From an uncultured Actinomycetota bacterium (GTDB lineage Bacteria; Actinomycetota; Actinomycetes; JACCUZ01), in assembly GCA_963839955.1 (NCBI GenBank), contig CAWIXB010000001.1, forward strand, positions 1,154,826-1,218,825: a stretch of DNA of 64,000 nt, written 5' to 3'. Each line of letters starts with the position of its first letter. The first letter of the stretch is position 1. Both the position numbers and the translations under genes were made by a program. This document shows, piece by piece, positions 51,552 to 60,691 of this stretch. The notes under the pieces are model-generated. The model did not search any database. It was given only the letters and a program-made list of their open reading frames with translations, and was not told where the DNA came from.

Positions 51552-52045
51552 GCGGCGAGGTCACTGTGGCTCTCGACATGCGGGCCGATCCGCACGCCGT
51601 CTACGCGCTCGTCAGCGACGTGACGCGAATGGGCGAGTGGAGTCCCGAAACGACGTCGTGCCGATGGGTCGACGGAGTCGGCCCGAAGGTGGGGGCGAGG
51701 TTCCACGGCACCAACCGCCACGGCTTTCGCCGGTGGAGCACCTCGTGCCTGGTGACTGCGGCCGACCCTGGGGCGCGCTTCAGCTTCGACGTGCGGTTCG
51801 GCCCGTTCGCGATCTCGACGTGGTCCTACGAGTTCGAGACGACTGCCTCGGGATGCACCGTCACCGAGTCATGGACGGACCGGCGGCCGACCTGGATGCG
51901 TGTCGCCTCCCCGGCGGCGATGGGCGTCATGGACCGCGACGCGCACAACCGGGCGAACATGGAGACCACGCTCGCCAGGCTCAAGGCAGCCGTGGAGGGA
52001 ACTAGCGGGCGGCGCCGTCGAGGAAACCGAGGACGCGATCGGTGA
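51548..52045 (+). CDS. SRPBCC-family protein (polyketide cyclase/dehydrase-like ligand-binding fold)
   Basis: About 165 aa. The ALVSDVTRMGEWSPE motif matches SRPBCC/activator of Hsp90 ATPase homologue 1-like proteins. Its 3' end overlaps the DLH gene (convergent, 44 bp). Confidence 0.65.
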   Translation: MSGEVTVALDMRADPHAVYALVSDVTRMGEWSPETTSCRWVDGVGPKVGARFHGTNRHGFRRWSTSCLVTAADPGARFSFDVRFGPFAISTWSYEFETTASGCTVTESWTDRRPTWMRVASPAAMGVMDRDAHNRANMETTLARLKAAVEGTSGRRRRGNRGRDR

Positions 52046-52583
52046 GCAAACGGGTGGCCTTCTCGTCGTGGGACGGCAGGCTGTTGTCGGCGAACAGGTG
52101 CACCTTGCCCGGGTAGACGAACAGTTCGGCGTCCGGGGTCGCCTCCACGAGGGCGCGGGCGGCGTCGAGGTCGCCTGCTCCGGCGAACTCCTCGTCCTCG
52201 TCCATCCCGTGTATCTGCACAGGCACGCCTTCGGGCCATGCCCCGCCGAACTCGGAGGGCGGGACACACGCGTCGACCAGCAGGGCGCCCTGCGCTCCGG
52301 GTCGTGTCTGGGCCAGCATCTGTGCCGGCATGACGCCGAGTGAGAACCCGGCGTAGACGAGGTCACCGGGCAGTTCATTGGCGACGGCCCGCCCGCGCTC
52401 GAGGATCGAGTCGAAGCCGACGGTCCGCACGTGTGCCATGCCGTCCTCGAGGGTGTCGAAGACCCGCCCGTCGTAGAGGTCCGGGACGTGCACGGCATGA
52501 CCGGCGCCCCGCAGCGTCTCGGCGAAGTCGCGAACGCCGGGGGTCAGCCCCTGGGCGTGGTGGAACAGCAGCACCTCGCTCAT
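52002..52583 (-). CDS. Dienelactone hydrolase family protein (alpha/beta hydrolase)
   Basis: 193 aa. DLH-like pattern with HGMDEDEEF and a C-terminal His (VHLF). Compact DLH fold. Confidence 0.7.
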   Translation of the reverse strand: MSEVLLFHHAQGLTPGVRDFAETLRGAGHAVHVPDLYDGRVFDTLEDGMAHVRTVGFDSILERGRAVANELPGDLVYAGFSLGVMPAQMLAQTRPGAQGALLVDACVPPSEFGGAWPEGVPVQIHGMDEDEEFAGAGDLDAARALVEATPDAELFVYPGKVHLFADNSLPSHDEKATRLLTDRVLGFLDGAAR

Positions 52584-52974
52584 GTCGCTCCCTTCATTGT
52601 GGGGTTCGCACGATCATTGCCTACGGTTCCGACAGGACAGCAGGACGCCTCCCCACCAGCGGGTGCCGGCGAGGAGGCGTCCTTCTTCAGATTGAGTCCC
52701 TAGTCGTCCCAGGGACCCCAGTCGTCTTCGTGCATTGTCACTCCAAGTGATCTGCTTCGGTGCCGTCTGCAACGCGCGAAACGCGGCGGAGACGGCCTGG
52801 ATTTGTGGTGCTCACTCCCGCTCGCCCAACGAGGGGCGGGCTTCGGGCCGGGCGCATGAGAGGCGCTCCGGACAGCCGCTAGGTGGGCTGCTGATGAACA
52901 GTCTACGTGATCATCAATCGACGCGCGCATCAATGACCTTGAGGCCGAGCGTGAAACGCGGCTCAGCAGCGTGC

Positions 52975-55900
52975 TCAGCCACGAAGCCGCAGGCCCCGCG
53001 GGGTCGCGTGGAACCCGGCCTGCTCGAGGGCCGAGCCGAGGGCAGAGGTGAGCACGGGGGCGCCGTCGGCGCGTTCGAGCGTGATCCGGCCGAGGTGCCC
53101 CTCGCGTACGGCGAGGGCGAGTGCGTCGACCGCCGGCTGCAGGATCAACGGGTCGTCGGTCCAGGTGAGCAGCGTTCGCCCGCCACGCTCGACGTACATC
53201 GCCAGGCGGCCGTCGACGAGCACCACCAGCGCGCCGGCCTTGCGGCCCGGCTTGTGACCGGAGTCCTCACCACGGCCCGGCCACGGCAACGCCGCACCGA
53301 ACGGGTTGGCCGGGTCGGTCGCGGCGAGCACCAGCGCGTGGGGTCCGCCCGAGCGTTCGGTGCGTTCGGCGGCGCGCTCGGCCTCGGCGGCCATGGCGCG
53401 CATCCGATCGACCGCGCCAGGCACGGCGAACTGTGCGGCGCCGAGGCCCTCGACGAAGTAGCCGCGCCGCGCTCGTCCGGTCTCCTCGAACGCGGCCAGC
53501 ACGCGGTAGACCGCGGCGAACCCTCCGGGGGCGCGCTCGGACAGCACCGCACCGCGGATGACCACGCCGTGGCGATCGAGCAGCGTCTCGGCCAGCGCGT
53601 GGGCACGTCGGGTGGCGTCGGGCTCGCGTGGCGGCAGCAACGACCAGCGACCCGCAGCGGTCGGCGGGCCGCTGCGCGACGGCATGCGGGCCCGGCCGCT
53701 CGCGGCAGTGCCCATCGGCCGGGCCCGGCCGCCGTAGCGCCCGCGCGGTGTTGGTCGACGGGCGCGGTGGGACGGGCGGCCCGCACCGATCAGCGTGCGC
53801 AGCGGCGCCAGCGTGTCGTTGGTGACGTGGCCGGACCAGACCAGGTCCCACAGTGCGGCGACCAGCACCGCGTCGTCGGTCGACTCGACCGTGTCCGAGA
53901 GCGACCGGAAGAAGAACGCGCCGCCGCCGTGCAAGGCAGCGAGGACCGCTTCGTGCAGCGGTGTGGCCACGGCCAGGGGGTCGGGCGCGGGCATGGTGAG
54001 CGGCGCGGCGTCGGCGAGATGGAGCGACACCCAGCCGTCGGCGCCGGGCAGCGAGCCGTGCCCCATCCACCCGACCTCGCCCGAGGCGCAGAGCTCGTCG
54101 AGCATCGCGGGGGAGTAGCCGGCTACCCGTGCCGGGAGGACGAGCGACTCCAGCGCCGACGCGGGTACCGCGGCGCCCTGCAGCTGTTCAACGACCCGCA
54201 GCACTCCCTCGCCGCCGCGCAGCCTGCCGCCCACGTGCTGCCAGGCGGGCAGGAAGGCGGCCAGCGCGTCGTGGGGAACCGGCTCGACCTCCTTGCGCAG
54301 CGCCGCTAGCGAGCGCCGCCGCAGGGTGCGCAGCACCTCGGCGTCACACCACTCGGTGCCGGCACCACCCGGTACGAACTCGCCCTCGACCACGCGCCCG
54401 GAGCCGGCCAGCCGAGCCAGCACCCCGGCGATGACGGCAGTGCCGAGCCCGAACCGGGTGGCGACTGCGGTGGTGGTGAACGGGCCATGGGTGCGGGCGA
54501 AGCGGGCCACCAGATCGCCCAGCGGATCGCGCACCGGCTCGAGGAACGCCTCGGGCACACCGACGGGTAGCGGCGCGCCGAGTGCGTCGCGCAGCCGGCC
54601 GGCGTCCTCGACGGCCGCCCACCGCTCCTCGCCGGCGATGCGCACCCGCACCGCGCGGCGTGCCTCCTCGAGACCTGCCAGCCACTCGGGCGTCGCGCCG
54701 CGCTCGATCGCCTCGGCAGTGCTGAGCGGCCCGAGCAGGCGCAACAGGTCGGCGACACCCTCGGCGTCGCGGGCCCTGCGGCTGTCGGAGAGTCGCTGCA
54801 GGTCGCCTTCGAGCGATTTGACCGCGTCGGGGTCGAGCAGCTCGCGCAATTCGGCCTGACCCAGCAGCTCGGCGAGCAGGGTGGAGTCGAGCGCCAGTGC
54901 CTGTGCGCGCCGTTCGGCCAGCGGCGAGTCTCCCTCGTAGAGGAACTGAGCGACGTAGCCGAACAACAGAGCGCGCGCGAACGGCGATGGCTGCTGTGTC
55001 TCCACCTCGACGAAACGCACCCGGCGCGCCTCGATGTCGCGCATCAGCCCCACCAGGCCCGGGACGTCGAAGACGTCCTGCAGCACCTCGCGCATCGTCT
55101 CGAGCAGCACGGGGAACGAGCCGTAGTCGCTCGCGACCGAGAGCAGCTGCGCCGAACGCTGACGTTGCTGCCACAGCGGAGTGCGCCGACGGGGGTCGCG
55201 GCGGGGAAGCAGCAGCGCACGGGCCGCGCACTCGCGGAACCGCGAGGCGAACAGAGCCGAGCCACCGACCTCGGCGGTGACCAGCGCCTCGATCTCGTCG
55301 GACTCGAAGGTGGCGATGTCGGCCTGCGGCGGCACCACGACCTCGGGCGCCGACCCGGGCTCGCCGAAGCCGGTCGACTCGGTGAACTCGGTGTCGGGCA
55401 GCCGCAGGATGATGCCGTCGTCGGCGTGCATCGCCTGGACGTCGACGCCGTAGCGCTCGCGGAGCCGGGCGGCGACCGCCAGCGCCCAGGGGGCGTGCAC
55501 CTGTGCGCCGTACGGCGAGTGGATCGCCACCCGCCAGTCGCCGAGCTCGTCGCGGAACCGCTCGACGACGACGGTGCGGTCGTCGGGCACGTGACCGGTG
55601 GCCTCGCGCTGCTCGTCGAGGTAGGCGAGCAGGTTGTCGGCGGCCCACCCGTCGAGCCCGCTGGCGAGGACCCGCTCGCGAGCCCGCTCGGGGGTGAGCC
55701 CGCCGAGCTCGCGCACGAACGCACCATGCGCGCGGCCGAGCTCGACCGGGCGGCCCAGGGCGTCGCCCTTCCAGAACGGCAGTCGCCCGGGCTGCCCGGG
55801 TGCGGGGGAGACGAGCACCTGGTCGTGGGTGATGTCCTCGATGCGCCACGACGTCGAGCCGAGGGTGAAGACGTCGCCGACGCGTGACTCGTAGACCATC

Positions 55901-57711
55901 TCCTCGTCGAGCTCGCCGACCCGGGCGCCGCGCTCGGAGCCGACGAGGAAGACACCGAACAGGCCGCGGTCGGGGATGGTGCCGCCGCTGGTCACCGCCA
56001 GCCGCTGCGCGCCCGGCCGTCCGGTGAGGGTGCCGGCCACCCGGTCCCAGACCAGACGCGGTCGCAGCTCGGCGAACTCGTCGGACGGGTAGCGCCCGGC
56101 GAGCATGTCGAGCACCGACTCGAACGCGGACCGCGGCAGCGCGGAGTAGGGCGCGGCGCGGCGCACCACGTCGTACATGTCCTCGACCTGCCACTCGTCG
56201 ACCGCGACCATCGCGACAACCTGCTGGGCGAGCACGTCGAGCGGGTTGCGCGGATAGCGAATCTCCTCGATCGCGCCGTCGCGCATCCGTTCGGCGACCA
56301 CGGCCGTCTGGACGAGGTCGCCGCGGTACTTGGGGAAGATGACGCCCTTCGACACGGCGCCCACCTGGTGGCCCGCGCGGCCAACCCGCTGCAGCCCGCT
56401 GGCCACCGATGGCGGCGACTCGACCTGGACGACGAGGTCGACCGCGCCCATGTCGATGCCGAGCTCGAGCGACGACGTCGCGACCACCGCGGGCAGCCGG
56501 CCCGCCTTGAGGGCATCCTCGATCTGTCGGCGCGCCTCCTTGGACACCGACCCGTGGTGGGCGCGCGCGACCTCGGCGACGGCTGGCCGCTCACCGTCGT
56601 CGCCCTCGAGCCGGTCGGAGCCGCTGCGCCCGCGCGACGAGCCGGACTGCGCCATCAGCTGCGCGGGATGGAAGGAGCCGGGGTCGTCGAGCACCTCGCC
56701 GGTCTCGCGCTCGTAGTGGATCTCGTTGAGCCGGGCACAGAGCCGCTCCGCGAGCCGGCGCGAGTTGGCGAACACGATCGTCGAGCGGTGGGCGGTGACC
56801 AGGTCGAGGATGCGTTCCTCGACGTGGGGCCAGATCGACGAACGCTCCTCCGCGCCTGCCGCCGAACCGGAGATGGCGGGGCCGTCGGCGCCGCCGGTCG
56901 GGCCACGGTCGGTCTGGCCGAGCGTGGACATGTCGGCGACCGGGACGACGACCTCGAGCTCGACTGTCTTGCGCGAGGGGGGCTGCACGACGCGCACCTC
57001 GCGCTGGCCGCCGAGGAACCGCGCGACCTCCTCGACCGGACGGACGGTGGCCGACAGGCCGATGCGCTGCGCGGGCGCGTCGAGCAGTGCGTCGAGGCGC
57101 TCGAGCGAGAGGGCGAGATGGGCACCGCGCTTGGTGGCGGCGACGGCGTGGACCTCGTCGACGATGACCGTCTCGACGCCGCGCAGCGACTCGCGGGCCT
57201 GCGAGGTGAGGATCAGGAAAAGCGACTCGGGCGTGGTGATGAGCACGTCGGGCGGGCGACGGCCGAACCGCCGCCGTTCGTCGGCAGGGGTGTCGCCGGA
57301 GCGCAGGGCCACCTCGATGTCGGGCTCGGGCAGACCGAGGCGCGCGCTCGCCTGGCGGATGCCGGCGAGGGGTGCCCGCAGGTTGCGTTCGATGTCGACG
57401 GCGAGCGCCTTCATCGGCGAGACGTAGAGGACCCGGCAGCGGCGCGCGACGTCGTCGGGGCGCGGCACACTGGCCAGCCGGTCGATCGACCACAGGAAGG
57501 CCGCCAGCGTCTTGCCCGAGCCGGTGGGCGCGACGACGAGCGCGTTGCGCCCTGCACTGATCGCGTCCCAGGCGCCGGTCTGGGCGGGTGTCGGCGCGGC
57601 GAAGGCACCTTCGAACCACGCCCGCGTGGCGTCGGAGAACCGCTCCACGGCCGGGAACGGCGGGTCGCTGCGAGCGTCGCTGCTGTCGTCGTCGGGGGTC
57701 ACGGGAGCCAT
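52975..57711 (-). CDS. lhr: Lhr-type large ATP-dependent helicase (Lhr-Core plus long C-terminal domain)
   Basis: Superfamily-2 motifs: Walker A APTGSGKTLAAFL, DEVH box, SAT, and the helicase C domain, followed by a WH/domain-4 Lhr-Core and an approximately 700-aa CTD. The maximal ORF extends to 57849; ATG 57711 (MAPVTPDD) is preferred. Confidence 0.88.
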   Translation of the reverse strand: MAPVTPDDDSSDARSDPPFPAVERFSDATRAWFEGAFAAPTPAQTGAWDAISAGRNALVVAPTGSGKTLAAFLWSIDRLASVPRPDDVARRCRVLYVSPMKALAVDIERNLRAPLAGIRQASARLGLPEPDIEVALRSGDTPADERRRFGRRPPDVLITTPESLFLILTSQARESLRGVETVIVDEVHAVAATKRGAHLALSLERLDALLDAPAQRIGLSATVRPVEEVARFLGGQREVRVVQPPSRKTVELEVVVPVADMSTLGQTDRGPTGGADGPAISGSAAGAEERSSIWPHVEERILDLVTAHRSTIVFANSRRLAERLCARLNEIHYERETGEVLDDPGSFHPAQLMAQSGSSRGRSGSDRLEGDDGERPAVAEVARAHHGSVSKEARRQIEDALKAGRLPAVVATSSLELGIDMGAVDLVVQVESPPSVASGLQRVGRAGHQVGAVSKGVIFPKYRGDLVQTAVVAERMRDGAIEEIRYPRNPLDVLAQQVVAMVAVDEWQVEDMYDVVRRAAPYSALPRSAFESVLDMLAGRYPSDEFAELRPRLVWDRVAGTLTGRPGAQRLAVTSGGTIPDRGLFGVFLVGSERGARVGELDEEMVYESRVGDVFTLGSTSWRIEDITHDQVLVSPAPGQPGRLPFWKGDALGRPVELGRAHGAFVRELGGLTPERARERVLASGLDGWAADNLLAYLDEQREATGHVPDDRTVVVERFRDELGDWRVAIHSPYGAQVHAPWALAVAARLRERYGVDVQAMHADDGIILRLPDTEFTESTGFGEPGSAPEVVVPPQADIATFESDEIEALVTAEVGGSALFASRFRECAARALLLPRRDPRRRTPLWQQRQRSAQLLSVASDYGSFPVLLETMREVLQDVFDVPGLVGLMRDIEARRVRFVEVETQQPSPFARALLFGYVAQFLYEGDSPLAERRAQALALDSTLLAELLGQAELRELLDPDAVKSLEGDLQRLSDSRRARDAEGVADLLRLLGPLSTAEAIERGATPEWLAGLEEARRAVRVRIAGEERWAAVEDAGRLRDALGAPLPVGVPEAFLEPVRDPLGDLVARFARTHGPFTTTAVATRFGLGTAVIAGVLARLAGSGRVVEGEFVPGGAGTEWCDAEVLRTLRRRSLAALRKEVEPVPHDALAAFLPAWQHVGGRLRGGEGVLRVVEQLQGAAVPASALESLVLPARVAGYSPAMLDELCASGEVGWMGHGSLPGADGWVSLHLADAAPLTMPAPDPLAVATPLHEAVLAALHGGGAFFFRSLSDTVESTDDAVLVAALWDLVWSGHVTNDTLAPLRTLIGAGRPSHRARRPTPRGRYGGRARPMGTAASGRARMPSRSGPPTAAGRWSLLPPREPDATRRAHALAETLLDRHGVVIRGAVLSERAPGGFAAVYRVLAAFEETGRARRGYFVEGLGAAQFAVPGAVDRMRAMAAEAERAAERTERSGGPHALVLAATDPANPFGAALPWPGRGEDSGHKPGRKAGALVVLVDGRLAMYVERGGRTLLTWTDDPLILQPAVDALALAVREGHLGRITLERADGAPVLTSALGSALEQAGFHATPRGLRLRG

Positions 57712-57822
57712 TGTGACCCGGGGGCCTGACAAGGACGCGGCCCCAGCCGACCGGCCCGCTCGCCGGCTCAGATGAGGGGAGAATTGGGTTGAGTTGTCGG
57801 GGTGCCCGTCTAAGGTCGAGCC

Positions 57823-58788
57823 GTGCCCGACACCCAGCCCCTGATCCATGCCCGGGGGCTGGTGAAGCGCTTCGGCGACTTCACCGCGGTCGACGGCATC
57901 GACGTCGACGTCGCCCGCGGCGAGGCCTTCGGGTTCCTGGGGCCCAACGGCGCCGGCAAGTCGTCGACCATGCGCATGATCGGCTGCGTGTCACCGGTGA
58001 CCGAGGGCACCCTCCGGGTCCTCGGCCTCGACCCTGCCGTCGACGGTCCCGAGATCCGGGCCCGTCTCGGGGTGGTGCCGCAGGACGACACGCTCGACGT
58101 CGAGCTGACCGTGCGCGAGAACCTCATCGTCTACGGCCGCTACTTCGGCCTGCCGCGCCAGGTGATCGCCGACCGTGCCGACCAGCTGCTCGACTTCGTC
58201 CAGCTGGCCGAGCGCGCGGGCAGCAAGGTCGAGCCGCTCTCGGGCGGTCTCAAGCGGCGGCTGACCATCGCGCGCTCGCTGGTGAACGACCCGGAAGTGC
58301 TCATGCTCGACGAGCCCACGACGGGACTCGACCCGCAGGCCCGCCACGCCGTGTGGGACCGGTTGTTCCGCCTCAAGCAGCAGGGCGTGACCCTCGTGCT
58401 CACCACCCACTACATGGACGAGGCCGAGCAGCTCTGCGACCGGCTCGTCGTGATGGACCGGGGGCGCATCGCCGCCGAAGGATCGCCGAGCGAGCTGATC
58501 CGCACATGGTCGACCCGCGAGGTCGTCGAGCTGCGGTTCGCACCCGGCGACAACGAGGCGGCCGGGGAGAAGCTCGAGGCGCTCGCGGCCGAGGTTGGCG
58601 GCCGGCTGCACGAGCTGGTCGCCCGCGTCGACCTGCTCCCCGACCGGGTCCTGCTCTACGCCGACGACGGTGACGCGACAGCCGCCGAGGCGCATCGGCT
58701 GGGGGTCGTCGCGCTCTCCGTGCTGGTGCGTCGCAGCACGCTGGAGGACGTCTTCCTCCGGCTGACCGGGCGCACGCTGGTCGACTGA
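57823..58788 (+). CDS. ABC transporter ATP-binding protein (DrrA/NodI-like exporter ATPase)
   Basis: Walker A GPNGAGKSS, Q-loop, signature LSGGLKRRL, Walker B LMLDEPTTGLD, H-loop. Confidence 0.92.
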   Translation: MPDTQPLIHARGLVKRFGDFTAVDGIDVDVARGEAFGFLGPNGAGKSSTMRMIGCVSPVTEGTLRVLGLDPAVDGPEIRARLGVVPQDDTLDVELTVRENLIVYGRYFGLPRQVIADRADQLLDFVQLAERAGSKVEPLSGGLKRRLTIARSLVNDPEVLMLDEPTTGLDPQARHAVWDRLFRLKQQGVTLVLTTHYMDEAEQLCDRLVVMDRGRIAAEGSPSELIRTWSTREVVELRFAPGDNEAAGEKLEALAAEVGGRLHELVARVDLLPDRVLLYADDGDATAAEAHRLGVVALSVLVRRSTLEDVFLRLTGRTLVD

Positions 58789-59627
58789 TGGCCGGCTCCC
58801 AGGAGACCAGGCCGGCCGCCGACCGAGAGGTGGCGCGTCTGGCGCCGTCCGTCGTCCGGATGTCGCTGCACGCTTTCTCCTACTGGATGGTGCGCTACCG
58901 CGCCACCTGGCGGGGCACCGCCATCTCGAGCGTGCTCGGGCCGGTCGGCTTCCTGGCCGCGATGGGCCTCGGGCTGGGCACGCTCGTCGACGACGGCGCG
59001 GGCACCGCCGGTCTGGGAGGGACGAGCTACCTCGAGTTCCTGGCCCCCGGGCTGCTCGCCGCCACTGCCATGCAGACCACGTCGTTCGAGTCCACCTATC
59101 CGGTCATGGGCGCCATCAAGTGGCAGAAGCAGTACCACGCGATGCTCGCCTCCCCGCTACGCATCGTCGACGTCCTCGCCGGCCACGTGCTGTTCGTCGC
59201 GTTCCGGCTTGCCACCACGCTTGCCGTGTTCCTGGTCGTCATGGTGATCTTCGGCGCGGTCGAGTCGCCCTGGGTCGTCCTCGCCTGGCCGACCGCACTC
59301 CTCACCGGGCTGGCCTACACGACGCCGATCTTCGCGTTCGCGGCCACGCGCGAGAACGACAGCGGGTTCGCGATGCTGTTCCGCTTCGGCATCATGCCGA
59401 TGTTCCTGTTCTCCGGGACGTTCTTCCCGATCGACCAGCTGCCCGACTGGCTCGAACCGGTCGCGTGGCTGGTGCCGCTCTGGCACGGTGTCGACCTCTG
59501 CCGCGACCTCGCTCTCGGTGAGGCATCGCTCGGCATGGCCGCGGTTCACGTGGGCTATCTCGTGGTGTGGGTGATCGTCGGGTTCGTGCTCGCGCTGCGC
59601 TGCTTCGAGCGCCGGCTGGTGACCTGA
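58788..59627 (+). CDS. ABC-2 type transporter permease
   Basis: Six predicted TM helices, ABC-2 family. The ATG overlaps the ATPase stop. Confidence 0.85.
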   Translation: MAGSQETRPAADREVARLAPSVVRMSLHAFSYWMVRYRATWRGTAISSVLGPVGFLAAMGLGLGTLVDDGAGTAGLGGTSYLEFLAPGLLAATAMQTTSFESTYPVMGAIKWQKQYHAMLASPLRIVDVLAGHVLFVAFRLATTLAVFLVVMVIFGAVESPWVVLAWPTALLTGLAYTTPIFAFAATRENDSGFAMLFRFGIMPMFLFSGTFFPIDQLPDWLEPVAWLVPLWHGVDLCRDLALGEASLGMAAVHVGYLVVWVIVGFVLALRCFERRLVT

Positions 59628-60451
59628 TGGCCACACAGACCCTGCCCCTGCGCGTCCTGCCGCCGGGCGGGCTGCGCATGCTGGCGGGGACCGGGCGGGC
59701 GCGCTACGTCGTCGAGCGCAACGTGCGTGTCTACCGTGCCGGCTGGCTCGTGCTCATCTCCGGGTTCTTCGAGCCGCTGTTCTACCTGCTCTCCGTCGGG
59801 GTGGGCGTCGCCCAGCTGGTCGGCGACATCGAGCTGCCCGGCGGGCAGGTCGTCACCTACACCGAGTTCATCGCCCCGGCGATGCTCGCGGCGAGCGCCA
59901 TGAACGGCGCGCTCTACGACGTCACGTTCAACGTGTTCTTCAAGCTCAAGTACGAGAGGCTGTACGACGCGGTGCTGGCCACGCCGGTCACCACCTACGA
60001 CATCGCGGCGGGCGAGATCACCTGGGCCCTGATGCGCGGGCTCTTCTACTCCACGGCCTTTTTCGCCGTCATGCTCGCGATGGGCCTCGTCAGCTCGTGG
60101 TGGGCTCTGCTGGTCCTGCCCGCGACGGTGCTCGTCGGACTGGCCTTCGCTGCGGTCGGCATGGCGGCGACGACGTACATGCGCACGTGGCTGGACTTCG
60201 AGTACATCACCCTGACGACGTTGCCGATGTTCCTGTTCTCGGCGACGTTCTACCCCCTCTCGACCTACCCGGACTCGTTGCAGTGGGTGGTGCAGGTCTC
60301 GCCGCTCTACCACGGGGCGGCGCTGCTGCGCGAGCTCACGACCGGTGCCGTGTGGTGGGGGTCGCTGGGGCATGTCGCGTTCCTCGCGGCGATGGGTCTG
60401 GTCGGCGGGCTCGTCACCGGACGGCGGCTCGAGCGGCTGCTGCTGACCTGA
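59627..60451 (+). CDS. ABC-2 type transporter permease (second subunit)
   Basis: Paralogous to the previous permease. Start overlaps the previous stop (TGATG). Confidence 0.85.
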   Translation: MATQTLPLRVLPPGGLRMLAGTGRARYVVERNVRVYRAGWLVLISGFFEPLFYLLSVGVGVAQLVGDIELPGGQVVTYTEFIAPAMLAASAMNGALYDVTFNVFFKLKYERLYDAVLATPVTTYDIAAGEITWALMRGLFYSTAFFAVMLAMGLVSSWWALLVLPATVLVGLAFAAVGMAATTYMRTWLDFEYITLTTLPMFLFSATFYPLSTYPDSLQWVVQVSPLYHGAALLRELTTGAVWWGSLGHVAFLAAMGLVGGLVTGRRLERLLLT

Positions 60452-60473
60452 CCGGCCGGGGGATAATGACGGC

Positions 60474-60668
60474 ATGCGGCTGAGCGACTTCTGGGAGCGC
60501 ATGCACGCGGTCTTCGGTTCCCACGCCGACTTCCTCGCGGCCGACCAGGTGTTCACCGAACTCGGCAACCGCACGGTGCGTCAGGCGCTCGCCGACGGCG
60601 AGCCGGCCGGCCGCGTGTGGCGCGGCGTGTGCGAGGGCATGGAGGTACCGAGCAACCAAAGACATTGA
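60474..60668 (+). CDS. DUF3046 family protein (Rv2738c-like, usually recA-adjacent)
   Basis: MRLSDFWERMHAVFGSHADFLAADQVFTELGNRT matches the conserved 60-70 aa DUF3046 protein. Confidence 0.8.
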   Translation: MRLSDFWERMHAVFGSHADFLAADQVFTELGNRTVRQALADGEPAGRVWRGVCEGMEVPSNQRH

Positions 60669-60691
60669 GCGGACTCGCCGAGGAGAGAGCC

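Noticed and set aside
52700-52933. 77-aa minus-strand ORF in the lhr-DLH spacer
   Set aside because: No RBS, poor codon bias (low GC3) and no recognizable domain. Treated as noncoding.
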